64,000 bases of DNA from Leptonemataceae bacterium (GTDB taxonomy: Bacteria > Spirochaetota > Leptospiria > Leptospirales > Leptonemataceae), in the NCBI GenBank assembly GCA_965227295.1, contig OZ245742.1, positions 1,024,001-1,088,000 of the forward strand. The letters are read 5' to 3'. Positions 40,983-49,775 of the stretch are shown here, one piece after another; within the stretch, counting starts at the first letter, position 1; each line of letters starts with the position of its first letter. A program made the translations under genes and the position numbers. The notes beneath the pieces were generated by a model that saw only the letters and a program-made list of their open reading frames with translations, did not search any database and was not told where the DNA came from.

Positions 40983-42146
40983 ATGGCGGATTACCGCAAC
41001 AAAAACGAACTGCTGAAAGGCGCCGCCGAAGTCCAGGCGACCTACAAAAACTACCGCAGCAGCCGAAACATCGACGCCCAGATTGCGGAGATGCAGGACC
41101 TGGGCGCGGACATGGAGCGCCCGGATTTCTGGGACGACGCGGACCGCGCCCGGGACGTTTCCGTAAAAAAAAGCGAGCTGGAACGCCGCATTGAGCCCTG
41201 GCAGATATTGAAGCAGGAACTCATCGATTTCCCGGACCTGGTCGAACTCACCATCGAAGAGTTCGACGATGAAAAAGCAGCCGTGGAGAGCCTGAGCGCC
41301 GATCTCAATGCCCTTGAGGAAAAACTCGAAGGCCTGCTCATGACCGAGGCCCTGGCCGGCGAGGACGATCGTCGCAACGCCCTCGTGTCAATTAACTCCG
41401 GAGCCGGCGGCACCGAGAGCCAGGACTGGGCGGACATGCTCTTGCGCATGTACTTGCGCTGGTTCGAAAAGAAAGGCTTCCGCGTGGAAACGCTGGACCA
41501 CCAGGATGGGGAAGAGGCCGGCATCAAGAGCGCCGCGTTGCTCGTGAAGGGCGAGAACGCCTTCGGTTACCTCAAGTCGGAGAACGGCGTGCATCGCCTC
41601 GTGCGCATCTCCCCCTTTGACTCAAACAAGCGCCGGCACACCTCGTTCGCCTCGGTCCACGTTGCTCCCGACATCGATGAGGACATCGAGATCGACATCG
41701 AAGACAAGGACCTCAAGGTCGACACCTACCGCGCCTCCGGAGCCGGCGGTCAGCACATCAACAAAACCGACTCGGCCATTCGCATCACGCACATTCCCAC
41801 GGGCATCGTCGTGCAGTGTCAGAGTGAACGTTCGCAGCACAAGAACCGCGCTACGGCCATGAAGATGCTGAAGGCTCGCCTGTACGAAATCGAAAAAGAC
41901 CGCATGCGCGAGGACGCGGAAAGCCGCGCCGGTGAAAAACGCGACGTGGCCTGGGGTTCACAAATCCGCAACTACGTCTTTCATCCGTACAAGCTCGTCA
42001 AAGACCTGCGCACCGGCTTCGAAAGCGGCAACGTCGACGCGGTCATGGACGGCGAACTGGAACCGTTCGTGGATGCGTATCTCAAAGACCTGGCGGGCAT
42101 CTGGAAAAAACCCGAGGGCGCGGGGAATGTAGAAGACCAGGTTTAG
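40983..42146 (+). CDS. prfB: Peptide chain release factor 2
   Basis: GAGGTESQDWA, SPF anticodon-mimic (RISPFD), GAGGQ; continuous frame from ATG 40983. Confidence 0.96.
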   Translation: MADYRNKNELLKGAAEVQATYKNYRSSRNIDAQIAEMQDLGADMERPDFWDDADRARDVSVKKSELERRIEPWQILKQELIDFPDLVELTIEEFDDEKAAVESLSADLNALEEKLEGLLMTEALAGEDDRRNALVSINSGAGGTESQDWADMLLRMYLRWFEKKGFRVETLDHQDGEEAGIKSAALLVKGENAFGYLKSENGVHRLVRISPFDSNKRRHTSFASVHVAPDIDEDIEIDIEDKDLKVDTYRASGAGGQHINKTDSAIRITHIPTGIVVQCQSERSQHKNRATAMKMLKARLYEIEKDRMREDAESRAGEKRDVAWGSQIRNYVFHPYKLVKDLRTGFESGNVDAVMDGELEPFVDAYLKDLAGIWKKPEGAGNVEDQV

Positions 42147-42312
42147 ACCGAGGATCGAGGCACCCGGGGGAAGATCGGGAGGGGTTTCGGTAGGTGAGTA
42201 CCGGCAGCGTATTCAAATTTTGGCGCGAGGGATGCGCAGGGCACCGATTTTTTTCGCAATGGCCCAGCCCGGTAGATAAGCCAGCCGAGTCGAAAAGACC
42301 GCCCCGCCTCTT

Positions 42313-42422
42313 GCGTTAGCGATTGGAGGGGTGGCCAAAGGCCAGTCTCGCGCTTGCGCGAGACCGGAGCGAAGCGGAGCCCCGGAAAGCGCGACCCGAG
42401 CGTAGCGAGGGGAACGCCCAAA
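42313..42422 (+). ncRNA. Structured repeat resembling the Flavo-1 RNA motif, copy 1
   Basis: gttagcgATTG...GGAAAGcgcgac frame enclosing several hairpins; family name from recalled consensus, not searched. Confidence 0.55.
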
Positions 42423-42489
42423 TGCTTTAGCCTGATGAGTGACACCTTCATTGAACATGACCCGCTACACTTTCCAGAAGTGTACTTTT

Positions 42490-42607
42490 TTTGGACGCCC
42501 CGCCGCGTTGCGGCGGCCGGGCTTTCCAGGGCTCCGGCTTCGCCTTCGGTCCTCCGCGCTACGCGCTCCGGACTCGCGCCTTGCGCGATCCTTTCAATCC
42601 CTGGCGT
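42490..42607 (-). ncRNA. Structured repeat resembling the Flavo-1 RNA motif, copy 2 (inverted)
   Basis: Minus strand gccagggATTG...GGAAAGcccggc with the same hairpin order as copy 1. Confidence 0.55.
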
Positions 42608-42663
42608 GAAGAGCCTCACCTCTAACTTTTCCCAATCTGCACTTAAACATGGGCCATCAAGGA

Positions 42664-44520
42664 TTACTGCAAATCTTCCAGATACAAAATCACCTTCTTC
42701 ACCTTACCAACGTCCGTCCCCGGCTCCGGGGCCTGGCCGTACACGTAACCGGATCCTTTCAGCTCCACCTGCACATCACTGTAAAACTCGTGGATGATCG
42801 AAAGCGCGTCGCGGGCCGCGAGGCCGCGAAAATCGTACAGGCGACCGCTTTCCACGCGCGGCGGATGCACGGTTAGATCGTCCGGCACTTCCAGTTTGCC
42901 GGGCTCCACCGACTCGCGGGTGTTTTCCAGATACGGCATCACTTCCTCGACGACGCGGCCGAAAACCGGCGCCGCCACCGAGCCGCCGCCGAGTCCGCCC
43001 TCGGGTTCGTCGAAGAGAATCAGACCGCCGTACTTCGGATCATCGGCCGGAAAGAAACCCATGAACGAAGCGACGTACTGGTCAAGGTAACCGCGCGCGC
43101 TGGCCTTCTCACCCGTGCCGGTCTTGCCGGCCACCGGCACACCGCGCACCTTCGCCGCAAGACCGGTTCCGTGATCGACGACACCGCGCATCATGCCGAG
43201 CACGCGCAGGTTTACCTCCGGCGGAAAGGGATTCTCACGGTATGCCGGACTCGTAGAATTCAATACATGATCCTCGGCGTCGAGGACCTGGTGAGCAAGA
43301 TAAGGTTGCACGATGCGACCGCCGTTGACGAGGGACGCGCCCGCCCGTAACAATTGCACCGGCGTAACGCTGAAGCCCTGGCCGATGGGCATGTAGTACG
43401 ACGTCGACGGGACCCACTGCTTCAGTGACGGAAAGTATCCACCGGTCTCTCCTGATCCCGGCGGCAGCACCGCGGTCTTTTCACCGAAACCGAGGCCCTG
43501 CATGTACTCATAGAAGCGATCCTTACGCACCCGTTGCATGGCCTTAATGATGCCGACGTTGCAAGAACGGGCGATGATCTCTTCGAGGGTAAGATCGCCG
43601 TGGGCGTGCATACGCCCGTTTTGGCGACAACGCACGGTGGAGTTGTGGAAGTGTATTTCGCCGTTGCAGTAAAAACGTTCCTTTGGTTTCACCGCTTCTT
43701 CGGTTAAGAGCATGGCGGCCATAAAGACTTTCACGGTGGAACCCGGTTCGTAGTTGAGGCGAATGTTCCAGTTGCCGCGCTGAAACGGCGTGCTGTTGTA
43801 GTACTTGTTCGGATCGAAGTTCGGCAGGCTCGCCATCGCGAGGATCTCGCCGGTCTGCACGTTCATGAACAAACCCGCGGCGCGTTTACTTTTCGAAGAT
43901 TCAAAGGCCTCCCCGAGCGCGCGCTCCAATCGGTGTTGCACCAACGCGTCGATGCTCAGACGCAGCGTCGGCCCTTCACGCGGAGAACGCGGCAGCGGGC
44001 GGGTCAGCAAATCGTTAAACGCTCGTTCGGCGCCGGCCAGGGCGTTGCTCTGGTCCCGCCCCACGAACCCCAGCAGGTTGCTGGCCAACGTGTTGCCGGG
44101 ATACACCCGACGATACTCCCGCTCACGATGCACACCCGGCAGATGCAAATCCACGATTTGATCCGCCGTAAGGTTTTCCACCTGGCGCTTTAAGAGAAAG
44201 TAGCGACGGTTCTTGTGTACATAGAATCTTTCGAGGACGTCTTCGAGCGGCATGCCGAGGCGCTCGGCGAGCACCTCGGCGGTAAAGTCCGCGTCCACGA
44301 GTTCGTTCGGCGCGATTGCGATGGTGCTCGCTTCTTCGGTAACGGCGAGGGCAAATCCGCGACGATCCTGGATATCACCGCGAACGACGCGCGCCGGACC
44401 GGCGGCCCGCCCGCTCGAACCATGGGCGAACGTCAGGTACATCACACGGCCGAGGATCACCGTAAACGCGAGGGTGAAGACCACGGCCAGGACGATTAAG
44501 CGCTGCTTCGCCTTCGGCAT
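42664..44520 (-). CDS. Class B penicillin-binding protein (FtsI-like)
   Basis: RGDIQDRRG, YEPGSTVK (SxxK), SCN (SxN), KTGT, C-terminal PASTA-like segment. Confidence 0.92.
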   Translation of the reverse strand: MPKAKQRLIVLAVVFTLAFTVILGRVMYLTFAHGSSGRAAGPARVVRGDIQDRRGFALAVTEEASTIAIAPNELVDADFTAEVLAERLGMPLEDVLERFYVHKNRRYFLLKRQVENLTADQIVDLHLPGVHREREYRRVYPGNTLASNLLGFVGRDQSNALAGAERAFNDLLTRPLPRSPREGPTLRLSIDALVQHRLERALGEAFESSKSKRAAGLFMNVQTGEILAMASLPNFDPNKYYNSTPFQRGNWNIRLNYEPGSTVKVFMAAMLLTEEAVKPKERFYCNGEIHFHNSTVRCRQNGRMHAHGDLTLEEIIARSCNVGIIKAMQRVRKDRFYEYMQGLGFGEKTAVLPPGSGETGGYFPSLKQWVPSTSYYMPIGQGFSVTPVQLLRAGASLVNGGRIVQPYLAHQVLDAEDHVLNSTSPAYRENPFPPEVNLRVLGMMRGVVDHGTGLAAKVRGVPVAGKTGTGEKASARGYLDQYVASFMGFFPADDPKYGGLILFDEPEGGLGGGSVAAPVFGRVVEEVMPYLENTRESVEPGKLEVPDDLTVHPPRVESGRLYDFRGLAARDALSIIHEFYSDVQVELKGSGYVYGQAPEPGTDVGKVKKVILYLEDLQ

Positions 44521-44573
44521 AGGCTGTACTTCGATCGAAGCGGACCAGAGTACAAGAAGAAAACGACCAGGCC

Positions 44574-45482
44574 TTACAGCACCGTGCCGAGCACGTAGAA
44601 CGTGGGAATGAAACCGATGCTGCGGGAGTCGCGGCTGTGAGAGCGATTGTCACCCATGACCAGGAGCGTATGCGGCGGTACGGTGCCGCGGCGACCGGCC
44701 CCCTCGAGGGCGGAGACCCGCACATCCACCGGGAGCAGGTTCAGTTCCAGCGGCAACGGATACACGGCGGGCTGGGCGAAGATCGGGCGGGGATCGGTGC
44801 GCGTGCCCGGCGGAAGATACGGCTCGTCCATGAGTCGCTCGTTGATGTAAACATCACCACCAACCAGCTCAAAACGATCTCCGGGCAGGCCGATGACCCG
44901 CTTGATGAAATAGTCCTCCCGTCGCCGGGACATGCCCGGATAGCGAAAGACCACGATCTGCCCCTGACGAAACAGGCCGAAACCGTGGACCGGCAGCTTG
45001 CCGGTAATGCTTACCGGTCCGAAGGGAAACGATAGCTGTGGTAGATTGATGCCGGTACTGAGCTTCTCGATCCAGATGACCTGACCGCTTTCGTAGGTGG
45101 GAGCCATGCTGCTGCCGGAGACCTCCACCCGCTCCACCAGGCAGATTTTCACGTGCAGGGCGGCGAGGACCAGGGTCAGCCCCACCACGAGGACCTTGAA
45201 CGGACCGGCCGGTCCCAGTCCCTCGGGGAGGTTCAGATTTTGAGCCAGGGTCTCCAGGATCGGCGTGCCGGCGAAAAATAGCAGTGCCCCCAGAATTCCC
45301 GCGGCGAAAAACGCCCAGGCCAGGTAGCCGTTACCACTGCCCGGAAGCCCCGGGCGGGCCGCATTGGCGAAAAACCAGCCGGCATAGAGGGACAAAAGTG
45401 CGCTCAGGACGCGAAAGCGAAATGAAAATGATTTTACAGAGGGCACCGCTTTCCCGAATTTGGCCGGTAAGTCTCCCTCCAT
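44574..45482 (-). CDS. lepB: Signal peptidase I
   Basis: GSSMAPT, FIKRVIGLPGD, MGDNRSHSRDSR; ATG 45482 preceded by AAGGAG. Confidence 0.9.
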   Translation of the reverse strand: MEGDLPAKFGKAVPSVKSFSFRFRVLSALLSLYAGWFFANAARPGLPGSGNGYLAWAFFAAGILGALLFFAGTPILETLAQNLNLPEGLGPAGPFKVLVVGLTLVLAALHVKICLVERVEVSGSSMAPTYESGQVIWIEKLSTGINLPQLSFPFGPVSITGKLPVHGFGLFRQGQIVVFRYPGMSRRREDYFIKRVIGLPGDRFELVGGDVYINERLMDEPYLPPGTRTDPRPIFAQPAVYPLPLELNLLPVDVRVSALEGAGRRGTVPPHTLLVMGDNRSHSRDSRSIGFIPTFYVLGTVL

Positions 45483-45504
45483 TGCTCCTTTCCCCTCAAT
45501 ATAC

Positions 45505-47508
45505 ATGGCCGAAGAAAACGTCTTACAGCTCGAATTGGAAAAGCTGGATGTCGCCGGGCTGAAGCGAATCGCTCAACTCTGGAACATTCCCAAGACCGGT
45601 AAAGATAAAAAGACGATCATCAAGAACGTCGTCACCGGTATGCAGGACGAGTTTCATCTCAAAGGTGTCCTCGAAAAGCTTTCCGCCACTCAGGTGACGA
45701 TCTATACGTCGATCCTGAAAAGCAAGTCCAGCATTCTAACCCTGGGGGAAATTTCACGCAAAATTTCCATGCCCCCGGTAAACACGGAGATGGAGCTGGG
45801 TGTACTCAAGCGCTACTTCCTGGTGTACCAGCGGAAGAACCGCGAACGCCTCACGAACAACCTCGATAAGTACTACTATTATCCGGAGAGCGGGCAGAAC
45901 GTCCGCCTGGATTCCAACGACAAGGGACAGAAGTTCCGGCTGAACCTCGGCAAGGTTCTCCAGGCCCAGGAAAAAATGCCGCCGGAATGGAAGAAGGTCC
46001 TCGGCGGGCGTACGTCCTCCAACGGTTCCTTCACCGCCGAAGCCGCCGCCGCGGCGATGGAAAGTGAGACCCTCGATCAGATCCTTGAGGCCCTGGGTGA
46101 GAACGAAAGAGACCTGCTGTTGGAATGTTTCCAGCAGGGCGGCATTCTGGAGATCAACCGCGCCCGGGAATATCTCCAGGGTCGTAAGGCGAAGTGGGAT
46201 CAGATCATCCGGCAGTTGAACGAACTCGGCCTGCTCCTGGACGAGTACTACATCGACGAAAAGTTCGTGCGGGTCCTGGTGTTGCCCGCCGAGGTTTTCA
46301 CGCACCTTCAGGATTTTCCCATCCTGCCGCCGCAGAAGAAGGGCACCCGGCGTCGCCAGGAAAAGGTCGCCTCCAACGATCTCGACTTCTATCTCAATCT
46401 CAAGAAGATGGTGGTCTACATCAGTCGCAAGGGCCTGAACCTGGCGAAGTCCGGTAAGATCAAACAAATCGATCTTAAGGAAACGGAGAACCGCCTGCTG
46501 CGGCCGGACATCGGCCTGTTCATCGAAAAGTCTCAGATCTACCAAATCGAACTGCTGCTGCCGGTGATGCGTCTGCTGGATATTGTCCGTGTCAAACGGG
46601 ACGATGTCGTTCTGCGCAACAACTACGACAAAGTACTCGAAACCGAGATCTTCACGCTCATGGATCAGGTCATCAAAGAGATGGCCGGCGCGCGCAATCG
46701 TCGCGTCCGCTACGAGGACGTCTTCGAACCCATGTACGTGCCCTTCTTTGAGAAGTCCATGTTCGATGAGTGCGTGAACCTCATTCAAAAGCGCGGCCGC
46801 GCCATGTACTTCGTCGTCATGGCGACGATCATCCGCGAGAAGCTACTGCTGGCGAAGGGCTTTCGCATTAAGAACTTCCAGCAGGCTTTACAGGACCTGC
46901 GCAAAGAAATCACAAGTGCACTGTTCTACCTGCAACTGCTGGGCCTCATTAGCGTCGAGTATCCGGATCGCTGGGTAACGTTGAGCGAACTGGGCCTGCA
47001 CTATCTCAAAGGCAAAACCCTGGAACGCAATGACGAGGCCGGCGGCGTCATCATCAACCCGGACCTCTCGCTGATCGCCATCCCGGAAAACGTTTCGATC
47101 AAGGGCATCCAGGTGCTGAAGTCCTTCGCCGAAGTGAAGACCTTCGATAACGTCTACACGTTCCAGATTACCCGGGAATCCTTTCAAGAAGGTCTGCTGC
47201 TGAAAAGCGATCCCGAGGAGTTCATCGACCTGTTGCGTCGTACGAATCGCGCGGAGCTGTCCCAGAACCTGCTCTTTTCCATTGAAGATTGGTCGCGCAA
47301 TCTGCCGCTGATCACGATCACCGACGAGTGCGTCGTAGTGCAAACCCAGGACCCCAATCACATGGAACTCCTGCTCGGCCAGATCTCCGGCAAGAAAATC
47401 GTGTCGCAAAAGATCAGCCCCACGACGATCCTCATTGACGCGGACAAGATTTACGAAACGATCAACTACGCCGAAAAATTAAACTTGATCGTGAAGTTGA
47501 TCCGCTGA
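45505..47508 (+). CDS. Helicase-associated (XPB-related, Helicase_C_3-like) domain protein
   Basis: C-terminal IINPDLSLIA...TFQITRESF..G....L...LSQNL...IEDW pattern; no Walker motifs. Confidence 0.65.
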   Translation: MAEENVLQLELEKLDVAGLKRIAQLWNIPKTGKDKKTIIKNVVTGMQDEFHLKGVLEKLSATQVTIYTSILKSKSSILTLGEISRKISMPPVNTEMELGVLKRYFLVYQRKNRERLTNNLDKYYYYPESGQNVRLDSNDKGQKFRLNLGKVLQAQEKMPPEWKKVLGGRTSSNGSFTAEAAAAAMESETLDQILEALGENERDLLLECFQQGGILEINRAREYLQGRKAKWDQIIRQLNELGLLLDEYYIDEKFVRVLVLPAEVFTHLQDFPILPPQKKGTRRRQEKVASNDLDFYLNLKKMVVYISRKGLNLAKSGKIKQIDLKETENRLLRPDIGLFIEKSQIYQIELLLPVMRLLDIVRVKRDDVVLRNNYDKVLETEIFTLMDQVIKEMAGARNRRVRYEDVFEPMYVPFFEKSMFDECVNLIQKRGRAMYFVVMATIIREKLLLAKGFRIKNFQQALQDLRKEITSALFYLQLLGLISVEYPDRWVTLSELGLHYLKGKTLERNDEAGGVIINPDLSLIAIPENVSIKGIQVLKSFAEVKTFDNVYTFQITRESFQEGLLLKSDPEEFIDLLRRTNRAELSQNLLFSIEDWSRNLPLITITDECVVVQTQDPNHMELLLGQISGKKIVSQKISPTTILIDADKIYETINYAEKLNLIVKLIR

Positions 47509-47522
47509 GACTCTCACGCGTT

Positions 47523-47954
47523 ATGCGCACTGTTCCGGCGATTCTCTCTCTGTTCTTGCTCACGCTCTGCGTGCACTGCGCCGGTGAGCGTCGTCTGGAA
47601 TTCGACGGCTTCGAACTCAGCAGCAATCCCGGATCCACGCCGCGCTCCATTCCGGAAGAGTTTCTGTATCCTAACGCGAAGCAGATCTACAGCGGCGAAT
47701 ACACCCGCAATCCGTACCGCAGCACGCGCGAGGGCGCCCTGGTCCTCGAAAGCGTGGACAGTCTCGATTTGATCCAGTCCTTTTATCTGCTGCGCCTCCA
47801 GGAAGGCGGCTGGCAGATCATCCAGAGCCGTGACGAAGACGGCGAGGTCCTGCTCATGGCCGAGAATCTTTCCCGCCGATTGTTCACGGTCGTGCTTCGC
47901 GACGAAGATCCCGTACGCATCAAGCTCTATATCAAAACTGCCGGACTGCGCTGA
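47523..47954 (+). CDS. Hypothetical lipoprotein
   Basis: Signal peptide ending LCVHC; stop overlaps xseA start. Confidence 0.65.
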   Translation: MRTVPAILSLFLLTLCVHCAGERRLEFDGFELSSNPGSTPRSIPEEFLYPNAKQIYSGEYTRNPYRSTREGALVLESVDSLDLIQSFYLLRLQEGGWQIIQSRDEDGEVLLMAENLSRRLFTVVLRDEDPVRIKLYIKTAGLR

Positions 47955-49282
47955 TGGCCGTTGCTCGCGCTGCATCGGAAGGCGAACCGGGCCGTCCGGA
48001 GGGTCTCGATGTCTGGACTCCCAGCCGGCTCAATCTTACTGTTCGGGATCGTCTACAGGGTGATCCCGGCCTGCAGGGCATCTGGATCGAAGGCGAGGTC
48101 TTCAATCTTAATTATCACACCAGCGGGCACGTTTACTTTTCGTTGAAAGATGCGCAGTCCGCCGTGCGCTGTACGTTCTTCCGCAACGCGAATCAGCGTC
48201 ACAAACACATTCGTCTACAAAACGGCATGCGCATCCTGGCGGCGGGCGGGCTTTCGGTCTACACGCCCCGCGGCGAGTATCAGTTCAACGTGCAGCGGGT
48301 GATGCTGGCCGGCGAAGGCGAGCTGCGGCTCAAGATCGAAGAACTGAAGAAACGCCTGCACGCCGAGGGCCTGTTCGATCCCGCACGCAAACAGGCGCTG
48401 CCGTTCCTCCCGACCACCGTCGGCGTGGCCACGGCCCCCACCGGCGCCGCCGTAAGAGACATTCATCGTACATTAAGGCGGCGCTTCCCGAATGTAAACA
48501 TTCTGCTGGCCCCCTGCGTGGTGCAGGGCGACGACGCCTCCGTTTCCATTGTAGAAGCCATCGAGGCCCTGAACGATCCGCGCTTCGGCGTGGACGTAAT
48601 CATTGCCGGGCGGGGCGGCGGATCTTTTGAGGATCTCCTGCCCTTCAACGACGAGGCCGTCGTCCGTGCTTACGCAAACTCGCGTGTGCCGATCGTCAGC
48701 GCTGTCGGTCACGAGATCGATCATCCCCTCAGCGATCTCGCCGCCGACGTCTACGCCCCGACGCCCACCGGCGCCGCGGAGATGGTGGTCCCGGTCTACG
48801 AGGATCTGGTCGAAACCGTCGATGACTGCGGCCTGCGCCTGCGCGTGGCCCTGCACAATCGTCATCGCAGTGAGCGAGATCGCTTAAATCGCATCTTTAC
48901 ATCGCGCGTGTACGAAAATCCGCAGAGCATGTTTCAGGAGCGCGCGCAGAGCCTCGACATTCTTTCGCGCGAGCTGCGCCAGGCATTGCAGGCCCGCGTC
49001 GCCCGGGCCCGCAGCGAATTGCAGAACAGCGCGGGCATGTCCATGTTGTTCGAACGCAATCTCTCGCGATTCGCGCGGCGCTTTTCCATTGCCGACGAAC
49101 GCCTGCAGAACTTCAGCCCGCTGGGAACGTTGCAGCGCGGTTTTGCCGTGGTGCGTAACGCGAAGAAAGACGTGATCCGGCGCGCGAAAGATGTCCGCGT
49201 CGGCGAAGAGTTACAGGTTTTGTTGGGGGAAGGTGAGTTGTGGGTGAAAGTTGAGCAAAACTCGGGCGAGACTCAAAAATAA
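47954..49282 (+). CDS. xseA: Exodeoxyribonuclease VII large subunit
   Basis: SGHVYFSLKD, TGAAVRD, GRGGGSFEDL, SAVGHEID, APTPTGAAE, SPLGTLQRGF. Confidence 0.95.
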   Translation: MAVARAASEGEPGRPEGLDVWTPSRLNLTVRDRLQGDPGLQGIWIEGEVFNLNYHTSGHVYFSLKDAQSAVRCTFFRNANQRHKHIRLQNGMRILAAGGLSVYTPRGEYQFNVQRVMLAGEGELRLKIEELKKRLHAEGLFDPARKQALPFLPTTVGVATAPTGAAVRDIHRTLRRRFPNVNILLAPCVVQGDDASVSIVEAIEALNDPRFGVDVIIAGRGGGSFEDLLPFNDEAVVRAYANSRVPIVSAVGHEIDHPLSDLAADVYAPTPTGAAEMVVPVYEDLVETVDDCGLRLRVALHNRHRSERDRLNRIFTSRVYENPQSMFQERAQSLDILSRELRQALQARVARARSELQNSAGMSMLFERNLSRFARRFSIADERLQNFSPLGTLQRGFAVVRNAKKDVIRRAKDVRVGEELQVLLGEGELWVKVEQNSGETQK

Positions 49283-49299
49283 ATAAGGGGAGTCTTTTT

Positions 49300-49525
49300 G
49301 CTACGGCTCTACGGAGTTGTGGTATGTCGTTTTGTTAAGATCGCTGTATTCGACCCGGACGTTAGTCAGCGACTCAGCTTCGGGAAAAGTGTCTCCAATT
49401 CGTTCCGGTCCGCCCTACCACATTCCCCGGCACAAATTCCGTTCGTCGGCCGGCACCAGTCGTACCCATAAAAGGCTTAACATACACTGACCGCCACTTA
49501 TGCAGCGATCCAGGCGTCCACGAAC
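49300..49525. repeat. Dispersed non-coding repeat, copy C
   Basis: Colinear over ~225 bp with the reverse complement of 10580-10813, one ~7-nt indel. Confidence 0.9.
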
Positions 49526-49532
49526 TTCTGCA

Positions 49533-49763
49533 TCAGCCGGCGTGCACGTAGTTACGGTTCTCTCGCCGATCCAGGTCCTGGTCGAGAACGCAAATGAAAT
49601 CCCGCGGGTTATCGAACAAGAGCGAGCGGATGCGCCGGGCGCGATGCTTGCGCGACCGCGAGATATCCAGGAACAGATAGCCGAAGAGGTCCTCGCCGTA
49701 CTCGTAGCGCACGTAGTTGCCGCGCAGGCGACCCGTAGTGTTCTTGAGCAAGATCGTGCTCAT
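49533..49763 (-). CDS. Small protein, possible degenerate WGR-like domain
   Basis: 76 aa, host-like codons; YVRYEYGEDLFGYLFL and C-terminal RRENRNY echo WGR consensus but WGR itself is absent. Confidence 0.55.
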   Translation of the reverse strand: MSTILLKNTTGRLRGNYVRYEYGEDLFGYLFLDISRSRKHRARRIRSLLFDNPRDFICVLDQDLDRRENRNYVHAG

Positions 49764-49775
49764 GGCGCAACCATA

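Noticed and set aside
42432-42460. CTGATGA followed by a short stem, like a hammerhead ribozyme core
   Set aside because: The stem is followed by TGAAC rather than GAAA, and I could not find stems I and III.
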